A DNA stretch of 64,000 bases from Nitrososphaerota archaeon (GTDB lineage: Archaea; Thermoproteota; Nitrososphaeria; Nitrososphaerales; Nitrosopumilaceae): the NCBI GenBank assembly GCA_028867755.1, contig JAGWFT010000002.1, positions 64,001 through 128,000 on the forward strand. Reading direction: 5' to 3'. The translations under genes were made by a program, and so were the position numbers. The first letter of the stretch is position 1; every line of letters begins with the position of its first letter. The notes under the pieces were generated by a model that was not told the origin of the DNA, did no database searches, and was given only the letters and a program-made list of their open reading frames with translations. Shown here one piece after another: positions 19,446 through 28,811 of this stretch.

Positions 19446-20951
19446 ATGTCGGAAACAATCTCGAGAATGCCATTACAGATATTATCTAAGCACAAATGGC
19501 CGCTCGTTTTTGCCTTGGCAGCTTTGGTCGTCACAGTGTCAGGATTCACTGCAATGCAAGACGCACAAGCACAATTTGGTCCAATTGGCAATCTTGCCAA
19601 TCCGCAAAAGACAAATGAAATTCACTGTGGTCAAGCAATGACCCCACCAGGAAATGGAACCTTTGGTGGTAGTGAAGCACCATGTATCGATACAGGAGAT
19701 ACAACTTTCATGTACGCAGCAGCTGTGTTCGTCATGATAATGACACCAGGTGGTGTCGGTTTCTTGTATGGTGGTGCCACACGAAGAAAACAAGCACTAA
19801 CAGTCATCTTACAGAATTTCATGGTCTACTCAATTGTGAGTGTTCAGTGGGTCGTTTGGGGTTATGCAATAATGTTTGGTCCATCTGCAGATCCATATGG
19901 TTTCATCGGAAACTTGGATTGGTTTGGACTGAATAATGTCTTTCATAATGCACCAGCTGACGTTTACGCACCAACAATTCCACACTTGGCCTATGTTATG
20001 TTCCAGCTCATGTTCGCTGCTATCACTCCTGCACTTGCAATCGCAGGATATGCTGATAGAGTCAAAATGAGTGCATTTCTGATTCATGTAGTTCTATGGA
20101 CTACATTTGTCTATGACTTTGTTGGACATGCAAACTGGTCACTTGGAAGTCAGGGCACTTCAGTAGGTTGGTTAGCAAAAATAGGGACAGAAGACTTTGC
20201 AGGTGGTACAGTCATCCACATCACATCAGGTTTTGCTGGATTAGCTGCCGCAATGTTCCTTGGACGTAGAATAGGTTATGGAAAAGCTCCATTTGAACCT
20301 CATTCAATTCCGCTAATTATCCTAGGAGCTACAATTCTTTGGTTTGGTTGGTTCGGTTTCAACCCAGGAAGTGCAGGATTTGCAGGGTTCCTTGAAACTC
20401 AGGCTTTCCAAAACACGAACGTGGCAACGGCTGTTGCGGCAATTTGGTGGCTGTTTCTATCTTGGGCTCACACAGGAAAAGCAAGTGCAATTGGCGCTTG
20501 TAACGGTGCAGTAGCTGGACTTGTAGCAATTACGCCAGCGTCAGGTTTCATTGGAACTTGGGCATCAATAATCGTAGGCTTTGCATGTGCAACTGTCTGC
20601 TTCTATTGTGTCTTAATCAAGAACCGGGCAAGAATAGACGATGCGTTGGATACATGGGGTGTCCACGGAATGGGTGGTGTTACTGGTGCACTCTTAACAG
20701 GTGCGTTCAGTGAAACACGTATCAATCCATACGGTCACAACGGACTATTCTTTGGAAACCCAATGCAGTTTGTAATCAACTGTGAAGGAGCAGGCTTTGG
20801 AGCCGCATGGTCATTTGGTATCACTTACATAATATGGAGAATACAAGATGCAATTTGGCCTGGCGGTGTAAGAGTCACACCAAAAGAAGAAGAGATAGGC
20901 TTAGACTTGTCACAAGTCGGAGAAAGAGCATACTCGCAATTTGCGGAGTAG
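19446..20951 (+). CDS. amt: Ammonium transporter (Amt family)
   Basis: IDTGDT, FQLMFAAITPAL, DFAGGTVIH, WFGWFGFNPGS and LDTWGVHG (twin His present). Confidence 0.97.
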   Translation: MSETISRMPLQILSKHKWPLVFALAALVVTVSGFTAMQDAQAQFGPIGNLANPQKTNEIHCGQAMTPPGNGTFGGSEAPCIDTGDTTFMYAAAVFVMIMTPGGVGFLYGGATRRKQALTVILQNFMVYSIVSVQWVVWGYAIMFGPSADPYGFIGNLDWFGLNNVFHNAPADVYAPTIPHLAYVMFQLMFAAITPALAIAGYADRVKMSAFLIHVVLWTTFVYDFVGHANWSLGSQGTSVGWLAKIGTEDFAGGTVIHITSGFAGLAAAMFLGRRIGYGKAPFEPHSIPLIILGATILWFGWFGFNPGSAGFAGFLETQAFQNTNVATAVAAIWWLFLSWAHTGKASAIGACNGAVAGLVAITPASGFIGTWASIIVGFACATVCFYCVLIKNRARIDDALDTWGVHGMGGVTGALLTGAFSETRINPYGHNGLFFGNPMQFVINCEGAGFGAAWSFGITYIIWRIQDAIWPGGVRVTPKEEEIGLDLSQVGERAYSQFAE

Positions 20952-21057
20952 TGTTCAGAACCCCTTCATTTTTCTGTTTATTTTTCATAATCTAGAGTGA
21001 GATGAATCTATTTTGGTTTCAGAAACGGTAAAAAGGATGGGGGCTTAGACTCAAACA

Positions 21058-21270
21058 ATGGTCGACAAATGGTTAGCATTTTGTGCATCACAATTCCTAA
21101 GCGGAGGATTGGGATTCTATTGGGGATTTGCAGCAAGAGCTGATCCACATCATTATAATTTGATATTCATGTATGTCGGAGGTTTCTTTTTCTCACTTGG
21201 CGTATTTGCTATAACTCGATGGGGATTTGACAGGTGGAAGTCAAAACAGAAACCACGACGACGTAAATAA
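21058..21270 (+). CDS. Small two-TM membrane protein
   Basis: Two hydrophobic segments and a basic C-terminal tail. Confidence 0.6.
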   Translation: MVDKWLAFCASQFLSGGLGFYWGFAARADPHHYNLIFMYVGGFFFSLGVFAITRWGFDRWKSKQKPRRRK

Positions 21271-21359
21271 ATCCCAACTTTTTCATACCTTTTAAAATTA
21301 ATTTTTTATAAATTAGGTTTGTTTATATCAACCAGTCTTACGAATACCTTTGATCTTCT

Positions 21360-22052
21360 TTGTCCAAAGACAAATCATTTCATTTGACCAGAAAAAAACG
21401 CTATATGATCTTTGCAGTTATTACAGCAGTGGGAGTGGGAATTGCACTCTCTAATTCTTTGAGCAGCTTCAATTATGGGCATACAAAAGACTGGAATTTT
21501 GATTCTTACCAAAATAATACTTTGCCTGCAGATTTTGCAGCCTTTGAATCAAATTCTGAATCTGGATTGTGGGTGGTAAAAGCTGATGACTCGACATCAT
21601 CAAAACCTAATGTGTTAGCAACATTGCCTACCGTAAATAGTTCAGGTTATCATATGCAAATAATGCCTGATTCTCCTGCAGTATCTGATGCTGAAATCAG
21701 TGTAAAATTCAAGATAATGCCTGGTCACAAGGTAGAGCAAGCTGGACTGGTAATCCGATTTATTGACCCAAGTCACTATTTTGTTTTGATGGCAGATCCG
21801 GCAAACAATAGGCTCTCATTGTGTAAAGCTGATATTCAATTTGTAGTGTGTAACTATGAGATAAACACGCCAATTAGTACAGGTGAATGGCACACTTTGA
21901 AAGCTACTACCTCATCAGAGGGCATAGGAGGGTGGTTAGATGGTAGCGAACTGATCAAAGCCAATAATGAATACTATCAAACTGGACAGGTGGGACTGTG
22001 GACCAAGGATGATACTGAAGCTTCTTTTGATGACCTGAAAATCGACTACTAG
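21360..22052 (+). CDS. Membrane-anchored ConA-like lectin/DUF1080-like beta-sandwich protein
   Basis: N-terminal TM; AGLVIRFIDPSHY, GEWHTLK and GQVGLW...FDDLKI patterns. Confidence 0.7.
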   Translation: MSKDKSFHLTRKKRYMIFAVITAVGVGIALSNSLSSFNYGHTKDWNFDSYQNNTLPADFAAFESNSESGLWVVKADDSTSSKPNVLATLPTVNSSGYHMQIMPDSPAVSDAEISVKFKIMPGHKVEQAGLVIRFIDPSHYFVLMADPANNRLSLCKADIQFVVCNYEINTPISTGEWHTLKATTSSEGIGGWLDGSELIKANNEYYQTGQVGLWTKDDTEASFDDLKIDY

Positions 22053-22139
22053 CGATTTCGATAAAAACATCCCTGCTGAAATCCTAATGCTAGGCAAAGT
22101 TTTTGAAACTTTTATTAAATGACTAGGTGAAACTAAGAT

Positions 22140-22448
22140 ATGTTATTTGGAATTTTTGCAGTGCACAGTCCAGAATTGTGTCCATTGAACAACACCCGAA
22201 GCAAGAAAATTTTCTTGGAAATTGAAAACAAAATGAAAGCAAACATGAAGAAATTCAATATATCCAAAGTCGTTAACTTTTACATGTCAGTACTTGAGCA
22301 CGAATGGATAATTATCTTGGATGCAAAAAATGCACATGATATAGAACAGCTTTGTATTGCTGTTGGGATATCGTCTCTGAGTACTGTAAAAATTGTGCCT
22401 ATGAATGACTTTAAAGTAGTTGCAAAAAAATTCAAATCTAAAAACTGA
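22140..22448 (+). CDS. Small ferredoxin-like-fold protein (DUF3303/GYD-like)
   Basis: HSPELCP...EHEWIIILDA...TVKIVP pattern. Confidence 0.55.
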   Translation: MLFGIFAVHSPELCPLNNTRSKKIFLEIENKMKANMKKFNISKVVNFYMSVLEHEWIIILDAKNAHDIEQLCIAVGISSLSTVKIVPMNDFKVVAKKFKSKN

Positions 22449-22501
22449 TATCTTCTGCCTAAATAGGCAGGAATTAGTATGGCCAAAGTCTAAGGTTTAC
22501 T

Positions 22502-22792
22502 GTGAGCTCAAGCAAGGATAATCACGAAAAAGTTCGTTTGCGAAGTCAGCTAATTCTTGCATTGATTCCAAGTTTTATTTCACAGATGATTGCCTTCTAC
22601 AGAATTAGAAAAGTGCTTTACGGAATTATAATAGAGGTAGCAATTTTCTTCATTGCTCTTGTCATTAACTTGGTAATATCGTGGCCAATTGGGATGGTGT
22701 TTGCTTTGCCAATAACTGTTGGAATTCCTGTCTATTATATCAGAAAATGGACTATGGAATTTAATCGTGCAGATCAAGGTATGTTTGGATAA
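22502..22792 (+). CDS. Small membrane protein
   Basis: Three hydrophobic segments; GTG start. Confidence 0.55.
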   Translation: MSSSKDNHEKVRLRSQLILALIPSFISQMIAFYRIRKVLYGIIIEVAIFFIALVINLVISWPIGMVFALPITVGIPVYYIRKWTMEFNRADQGMFG

Positions 22793-22843
22793 AGTCACCG
22801 CTAGTTGTGGTTTAATAAAATGAAAAGAGAGGGGGTGATTTTT

Positions 22844-23410
22844 TTAAATCACTTGCCACGGTCTTGTTGCAAATGTAATCGCATAACCTACTCCAATCAC
22901 TATTGATTGATATACAATGTTTGTATATGGAATTGGTTTTACGATTGGGTCGCCTGTTACGACTATAGTTTGTCCTGGACCAAGACCTGGACCGATGCTT
23001 GCTACGTTAAGCTGCGTATGCATGTGATATACTGCTGGCTCTAAAGCCCTGATTGTGAGCTTGTATGGAACCACACCGTTTGCTGGAATCGTAATTACGT
23101 TTCCTGGTGGGTCTCTTGAGACAATCTCCCATCTGTTACCAGCGTTAGGAGAGTCACCATATACAGTGTACCAGCCTCTGAGATCTCTATTTACGAGACT
23201 CACAAACTTGCCAGAATCTGTCAGAGTATCGCCTGTTTGGACAGATTGTTTAGACCAAGTCTCATCGTCTATCCTTACGAAACGGCTCTGCAGCTGTGCT
23301 TGTACACCGTGAGCTTCTGCATGTTGGAACATTTGTGCAAATGATGGTCCAACTGCTCCAAGTGCTACTATCACACCTATTGCAGCTACAATAAACTTCT
23401 TATCGACCAT
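22844..23410 (-). CDS. amoB: Ammonia monooxygenase subunit B
   Basis: Signal peptide, then HGVQAQLQSRF and YHMHTQLNV (copper-binding His residues). Confidence 0.97.
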   Translation of the reverse strand: MVDKKFIVAAIGVIVALGAVGPSFAQMFQHAEAHGVQAQLQSRFVRIDDETWSKQSVQTGDTLTDSGKFVSLVNRDLRGWYTVYGDSPNAGNRWEIVSRDPPGNVITIPANGVVPYKLTIRALEPAVYHMHTQLNVASIGPGLGPGQTIVVTGDPIVKPIPYTNIVYQSIVIGVGYAITFATRPWQVI

Positions 23411-23496
23411 ATCGCTTAACTAATCCAACTGACAAACAACAATGATATATGTTTTGCCCTATCTGTAATCGATCAAAAATAAACGTGAGGTAAAGG

Positions 23497-23520
23497 ATGA
23501 TTAACATCGACGTTAATCAT
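23497..23520. promoter_or_regulatory. 24-bp near-perfect palindrome in the amoB/amoC divergent region
   Basis: ATGATTAAC-ATCGAC-GTTAATCAT. Confidence 0.55.
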
Positions 23521-23577
23521 GAATGTGACAGTCATTTAGCATTGAATTCATAACTTTAATTCTTGATTAAATTAAAT

Positions 23578-23621
23578 ATATTTTCTAATCATAGGCTAAA
23601 TATGAAATAATTAGAAAATAT
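23578..23621. repeat. 12-bp perfect inverted repeat with a 20-bp spacer upstream of amoC
   Basis: ATATTTTCTAAT (23578-23589) / ATTAGAAAATAT (23610-23621). Confidence 0.5.
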
Positions 23622-23673
23622 TATGTGGTTTTTACAACTCATACTTTAAATAAACACACAACTACTCTCACAC

Positions 23674-24237
23674 ATGGCACAAATGCCGGCACTGATTCCA
23701 AAAGAAGTTGAGATCCAGAGACTGAAGAAGATCTGGATGATCATCATCGCATTGGGATCGATCGCAGCATCCGTAGAGGTCGACAACTTTGTAGATGGAT
23801 CTCTACACCAGACATCAATCAGAGACAGTGCCTTCACACCAGCACACTGGTGGTTATACAGCCACTTTATTGCACTCCCATTAGGTTGGGCAGCAATTTC
23901 CATGTATGACAGGAAGGTACCAATCCTGAGAGGTCCAAACAACTCAATGAACACTGGTCTTAAGATGACTATTCTCGGTTATCTAGCAACAATGTTTACA
24001 ATCGGTGTTAATGAGATGTGGCACTTCTGGTATGTAGAGGAAATCTTTGCAGTTCCAAACCACTGGATGTTCAATATGGGTGTAGTCGTAGCATTCATGG
24101 GCGCACTTGCCTATGTAGTTAGAGTCTACGCACGTCTAGTCGAACTTGGCGCAGAAACACCAGGTGAGAATCCATATGTTGCAGAAATGTACAAGATGGC
24201 CTTAGAAGGCAAATTGTACAGCAGATCCATCCCATAA
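23674..24237 (+). CDS. amoC: Ammonia monooxygenase subunit C
   Basis: MAQMPALIPKEVEIQRL, DNFVDGSLHQ...TPAHWW and NEMWH...PNHW. Confidence 0.98.
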   Translation: MAQMPALIPKEVEIQRLKKIWMIIIALGSIAASVEVDNFVDGSLHQTSIRDSAFTPAHWWLYSHFIALPLGWAAISMYDRKVPILRGPNNSMNTGLKMTILGYLATMFTIGVNEMWHFWYVEEIFAVPNHWMFNMGVVVAFMGALAYVVRVYARLVELGAETPGENPYVAEMYKMALEGKLYSRSIP

Positions 24238-24254
24238 ACAAGCGCAAAAGCGCC

Positions 24255-24269
24255 TTTTTTCTTATTTTT
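24255..24269 (+). terminator. T-rich archaeal terminator after amoC
   Basis: TTTTTTCTTATTTTT shortly after the stop codon. Confidence 0.5.
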
Positions 24270-24343
24270 GAGATCTACTAATGCTAAATTAGTACTCTCA
24301 TTCAGGAAAAACTTAAAAGCAAATGCCTTTCTAATTAAGCCAA

Positions 24344-24706
24344 ATGACCTTACCAAAAGGATTCGGTTCAGGTGGCGGAGCCTCTAGTTCTGACGTTTCC
24401 AAGATGATTGGTAGACGTATAGAGAACTACATTGGTCCAATCACAGGCATATTCATTGGTCTGTGGCTAGGAACATGGGGAGGAGTTGCCGTCGCAGTTA
24501 CCTACTATCCGTGGGCATATCCACCGCCAAGCGCACACTATGCATTAACTGTGCTTACAATCATTGAGGCTATTGGATACATGTTATGTGTTAAAGTAGC
24601 AACTGAAGGCACAGACAAAGCAAAGACATACAATGGTCTTATTGCAGGCGTGATAGCCGCAATTGCTGTCGCAACAGTACTGACAGATTGCTTCTTCTTC
24701 GGATAG
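24344..24706 (+). CDS. amoX: Ammonia monooxygenase subunit X
   Basis: PKGFGSGGG...MIGRR with TM helices, located between amoC and amoA. Confidence 0.9.
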   Translation: MTLPKGFGSGGGASSSDVSKMIGRRIENYIGPITGIFIGLWLGTWGGVAVAVTYYPWAYPPPSAHYALTVLTIIEAIGYMLCVKVATEGTDKAKTYNGLIAGVIAAIAVATVLTDCFFFG

Positions 24707-24820
24707 AAGAACTATCCATTTTTCCTTTCTTTTATTAAATACAGGGCCTCAGTTGAGGCTTTGATCCTGATCTCGTACCTCATAAAATTTTATATACATC
24801 ACATATGTCATTAGTAGCTA

Positions 24821-25471
24821 ATGGTCTGGCTAAGACGATGTACTCACTACTTATTCATAGTAGTGGTGGCAGTAAACTCGACCTTGTTGACAATCAACGC
24901 GGGAGACTACATCTTCTACACTGACTGGATGTGGACATCATATGTGATATTCACTTTATCACAATCACTGATGCTCGCAGTCGGTGCAGCATATTACCTT
25001 ACGTTCACTGGAGTACCAGGAACGGCAACCTACTATGCGCTGATAATGACAGTGTATACATGGATTGCAAAAGGTGCGTGGTTCTCTCTAGGATATCCGT
25101 ACAGCTTTATCGTTGTACCAGTATGGATTCCATCGGCGATACTGATGGATCTGGCATATTGGGCAACCAAGAGAAACAAACACATGCTTATCTTGGTTGG
25201 AGGCGTGCTGTGTGGAATGTCCATGTCGATGTTCAACATGATCAATCTATTGACAATAGATGATCCACTAGAGACTGCCTTCAAATATCCAAGAACTACA
25301 TTGCCTCCATACATGACTCCTATAGAACCCCAAGTAGGGAAGTTCTATGATAGTCCGGTAGCGCTAGGTGCAGGTGCTGGTGCAGTTTTGACAGTTACAA
25401 TGACTGCATTAGGCTGCAAATTAACAACCTGGACCTACAGATGGATGGCAGCTTGGTCTAAGTGGGATTAA
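24821..25471 (+). CDS. amoA: Ammonia monooxygenase subunit A
   Basis: MVWLRRCTHYLFIVVVAVNSTLLTINAGDYIFYTDW...WMAAWSKWD. Confidence 0.99.
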   Translation: MVWLRRCTHYLFIVVVAVNSTLLTINAGDYIFYTDWMWTSYVIFTLSQSLMLAVGAAYYLTFTGVPGTATYYALIMTVYTWIAKGAWFSLGYPYSFIVVPVWIPSAILMDLAYWATKRNKHMLILVGGVLCGMSMSMFNMINLLTIDDPLETAFKYPRTTLPPYMTPIEPQVGKFYDSPVALGAGAGAVLTVTMTALGCKLTTWTYRWMAAWSKWD

Positions 25472-25606
25472 CCCCCTTTCCTTTTACTTTATTTTATTAG
25501 GATTATCGAGAGATTTACTCTCATTAATTTTGATTAAAAAAAGTTACACAATGTGTGATCTTTTCTTATCATGGTATTTTCTATAACATTTTGAAATTAG
25601 TCTATA

Positions 25607-26464
25607 TTGAAGCAAGAATATCGATTAATTTCATCAACACCAAAACCCTTTGTAAAGTGGGCTGGAGGAAAAAGACAACTTTTACCTGTCATTACAAATC
25701 ATATTCCAAAATTTGAGAGATATTTTGAACCATTCCTGGGTGGAGGTGCAGTATTTTTCAGTCTGGTTTCTCAAGACCGATATGTCAAATGGTCTGTATC
25801 TGATCTGAATTCTGATCTAGTCCTGTCTTATGTTACAATACGAGATAGAGTAAAGGAATTGATTTCTGCCTTGGAACTGCATTCTACAAATTATTTCAAG
25901 AACCCAAGTTCATACTATTACAAAATTCGTGAAAGCAACCCAAAAGGACAGATTGAGAAGGTGTCAAAACTCATCTTTCTCAATAAGACGTGCTTTAATG
26001 GGCTGTATCGAGTAAACAGTAAAGGAAAGTTCAATGTGCCTCTTGGCAAGTACGTAAATCCAAACATCGTGAATAAAGAAAATCTTCTAGCAGTAAGTGA
26101 AACTCTACAATCAAAAGAGATCTCAATTAAATGCCAGGATTTTGAAAGAGCACTCAAAAACGCAACCAGCGACGACTTTGTCTACTTGGATCCTCCATAC
26201 CAACCAGTAAGCGAGACTGCAAACTTTACAAGCTATACAGATGGGAGTTTTGGATACGATGACCAGGAAAGACTATGTGCCAAATTCAAGGCCCTTGACA
26301 GAAAAGGTGTCAAAGTGTTGCTATCAAACTCAAAATCTTCTGAAATACTTGAGCTCTTCGATGAGTTCTCAGACGGCATTATAGAGATAAACGCAAACCG
26401 ATTCATAAATTCAGTATCTAAGAAAAGAACAGGCCATACTGAGCTTCTCATTAAAAACTACTGA
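25607..26464 (+). CDS. Dam-family N6-adenine DNA methyltransferase
   Basis: KPFVKWAGGKRQL, YFEPFLGGGAV, FLNKTCFNGLYRVN and VYLDPPY. Confidence 0.93.
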   Translation: MKQEYRLISSTPKPFVKWAGGKRQLLPVITNHIPKFERYFEPFLGGGAVFFSLVSQDRYVKWSVSDLNSDLVLSYVTIRDRVKELISALELHSTNYFKNPSSYYYKIRESNPKGQIEKVSKLIFLNKTCFNGLYRVNSKGKFNVPLGKYVNPNIVNKENLLAVSETLQSKEISIKCQDFERALKNATSDDFVYLDPPYQPVSETANFTSYTDGSFGYDDQERLCAKFKALDRKGVKVLLSNSKSSEILELFDEFSDGIIEINANRFINSVSKKRTGHTELLIKNY

Positions 26465-26522
26465 TAACTCTAGCAATGTTTTTTCAGATAAGGTAAAATC
26501 AAAGATATTTTACAGGATCAAA

Positions 26523-27065
26523 GTGAGCAACACAAACAAAGGAGAGATCCTACGACTTGCAGAATCTACAAGCGTTGACCTTTTGGAGGAAAAAAAGTCC
26601 CTCCATGACATACTGCTAACCTGCAAAAATATTGCAAAATCATTGCATGTATCTGATGGGAATTCTTGGATAGATCTTGAACTCAATGGATACTTGGTCA
26701 AATACAAAACTAGGGACCAGCTTTGCGATAGCCTGCCAGACTATAGAAAGACAAGCTGGAAGTTCTATGACCTTTATGGAAATGCGGTATCTCTACCTTC
26801 TGACATATTAGACCTCTTTGGCAAGTCTACTGTGCATCATTCTATACAAGAGCTGGAAAATAGCAATCAGGTTGTCATTGGGAGCCAGCTGTTGGAAAAA
26901 TTTAACAAATTCATATCTGAACACGGAATGGACTATGCGTCAAAAAATATGAGGATACACGAGGCAAAAATTTCAAAAAATGAAATAAATCAGGTTCTAA
27001 GCGGTGCAAAAAATAAGGCACAAGAATTCCTTGATAATGTCATAGCTATACTTGAAATTAACTAA
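26523..27065 (+). CDS. AbiTii-like domain protein
   Basis: LHDILLTCKNIAKSL...WIDLELNGY matches the AbiTii N-terminal pattern (W-x3-EL-x-GY). Confidence 0.7.
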   Translation: MSNTNKGEILRLAESTSVDLLEEKKSLHDILLTCKNIAKSLHVSDGNSWIDLELNGYLVKYKTRDQLCDSLPDYRKTSWKFYDLYGNAVSLPSDILDLFGKSTVHHSIQELENSNQVVIGSQLLEKFNKFISEHGMDYASKNMRIHEAKISKNEINQVLSGAKNKAQEFLDNVIAILEIN

Positions 27066-27160
27066 CTTTTAATTTCGTGATTTTAGGCAACCTGTGAAAA
27101 GTTAATCTTCTAGTCTCACCTTATCTTACTGTTGCAAGGGGTTGCTAAGAAGAGGAAGAC

Positions 27161-28492
27161 ATGAGCTCGTTTAGCTCTATTGGTGGCTTGCTGTTAGGAA
27201 TTTTAGGTTTGTTAGCTGTTGCTTACGGGTTAGATCCGACGACACCTTATGCAAGTCAGGCCTTCTCGGTAGGTGTTGTGGGCGCAGGAGCTGGTGGTAT
27301 TATTGTTTGGGCAAGTAGTAGAAAACCAAGCAAAAGTATTCTCGTTCAACAATATGAAAACAAATCTTCAAAGGATGATTCTATTCAAGACTTGGTAAAA
27401 TACAAGAATCTTTATGAAGGATCTCCTGTCATGCAGCGGACTGTTAACACTGACGGAATAATAATTGAGTGCAACCAAATGTACGTAAAGAACTTTGGCA
27501 ATGAAAAAAGCGACATTATTGGAAAATCTCTCTTTGAACATGTAGCTGAAAACAATAGAGAGAATATGCAAAAAACATTTGAAAGCTGGAAGAAAAGCGG
27601 CAGAGTTGAAAACGAGGAGATCTGGCTTAAACGAAAAGATGGCAGTACATTTCCAGCCTTGCTCAGTGCTAATAACATACACGATAACAAAGGCAGATTG
27701 ATTGGAAGTAACACACTGATAAGAGATATCTCTCAAACTTACCACGCACACAAAATTGTGGAGGATAATGAAAGGCAAAAAATCCAACTCGATGAATTGA
27801 AGAAAATGAACGCACTAAAAGAAGAGTTTTACATGACCGTCTCAAAAGAATGTCAAATACCTCTAGAATTAGTAAAAAGGCACTGTGATATTCTAAAAGA
27901 CTCTGCAGCTGGAAAACTAGATGTCAAACAACTTGATGTAATAGATGAGATTTACAACAACGCTGGCAAACTAGAACAACTGATACAGGACATAATTGAT
28001 GTGCAAAAACTCAACAGCAATAAAATGGAATTTAAAAAGGAGTTGTTACAAGTTGATGAATTTATGCACAACATGGATGATGTTTTCTCCCCCATGATGA
28101 AGGAAAAAAATATTGAATTTGTCACCCATGCCTCTACAAAATATGCACTTACCAGCGACAAAGCGCGCCTAAAGCAAGTGTTTTACAATTTGGTACAAAA
28201 TGCAGTTGATTTTGTACCTAGTGAGAAGGGAAAGATTGAGATTGCTGCACGTGAAGAAGGAGATTCTGTTTTATTTTATGTTAAAGACAACGGAATAGGC
28301 ATATCTGAGAAGCGAAAGGAATCTGTTTTTAAGAAATTTTACCAGGTCAATCTCTCCTTTAAGAGAAAATATGGCGGAAGCGGATTTGGACTGGTAATTT
28401 GCAAGGGGATTGTAGAAAATCTTGGCGGAAAAATTTGGTTTGAAAGCAAGGAAGCAGAGGGAACCACGTTTTATTTCTCAATTCCAAAATAA
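27161..28492 (+). CDS. Membrane PAS-domain sensor histidine kinase-like protein lacking the H-box His
   Basis: Two N-terminal TM helices and a PAS domain (WLKRKDGSTFP). HATPase boxes are intact: NLVQNA, DNGIGI, GGSGFGL. The H-box reads VSKECQIPL. Confidence 0.88.
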   Translation: MSSFSSIGGLLLGILGLLAVAYGLDPTTPYASQAFSVGVVGAGAGGIIVWASSRKPSKSILVQQYENKSSKDDSIQDLVKYKNLYEGSPVMQRTVNTDGIIIECNQMYVKNFGNEKSDIIGKSLFEHVAENNRENMQKTFESWKKSGRVENEEIWLKRKDGSTFPALLSANNIHDNKGRLIGSNTLIRDISQTYHAHKIVEDNERQKIQLDELKKMNALKEEFYMTVSKECQIPLELVKRHCDILKDSAAGKLDVKQLDVIDEIYNNAGKLEQLIQDIIDVQKLNSNKMEFKKELLQVDEFMHNMDDVFSPMMKEKNIEFVTHASTKYALTSDKARLKQVFYNLVQNAVDFVPSEKGKIEIAAREEGDSVLFYVKDNGIGISEKRKESVFKKFYQVNLSFKRKYGGSGFGLVICKGIVENLGGKIWFESKEAEGTTFYFSIPK

Positions 28493-28516
28493 TGTTGAAT
28501 CTGCCAAAAAACATTA

Positions 28517-28590
28517 AGCTTCGAACGGGATTCGATCCCGCGACCTTTACCTTACCAAGGTAACGCTCTACCAGGCTGAGCTATCGAAGC
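28517..28590 (-). tRNA. tRNA-Thr(GGT)
   Basis: Cloverleaf GCTTCGA...TCGAAGC; anticodon arm TTACC-TTGGTAA-GGTAA. Confidence 0.95.
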
Positions 28591-28688
28591 ATGAGATGCT
28601 CGACCTTGTGAATCCTTATTAATCTTACTTGGTTTTTTATTTTTTTTCCATAAAACGTTTAATTTCTCCAAACTTGTGCTAATAAAAC

Positions 28689-28807
28689 GCAGGAGTAGCC
28701 GAGCCTGGCCAAAGAAGGCATGGCCTTTGGACGCGCGGGACTTAAGATCATAAAAATGGGTGATCCCGTCTCTTAGGGGTTCGTGGGTTCAAATCCCACC
28801 TCCTGCA
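28689..28807 (+). tRNA. tRNA-Leu(TAA) with two introns (28715-28732 in the D arm, about 23/24; 28747-28762 at 37/38)
   Basis: Acceptor GCAGGAG/CTCCTGC, anticodon stem CGGGA/TCCCG and a long variable arm. Removing both inserts restores a standard Leu tRNA, and a BHB motif can be drawn for intron 1. Confidence 0.9.
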
Positions 28808-28811
28808 CCTT

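Noticed and set aside
25500-28590. Dam/AbiTii/kinase block as an element integrated at tRNA-Thr
   Set aside because: No duplicate of the tRNA-Thr 3' end was found near 25500-25600, and there is no integrase.
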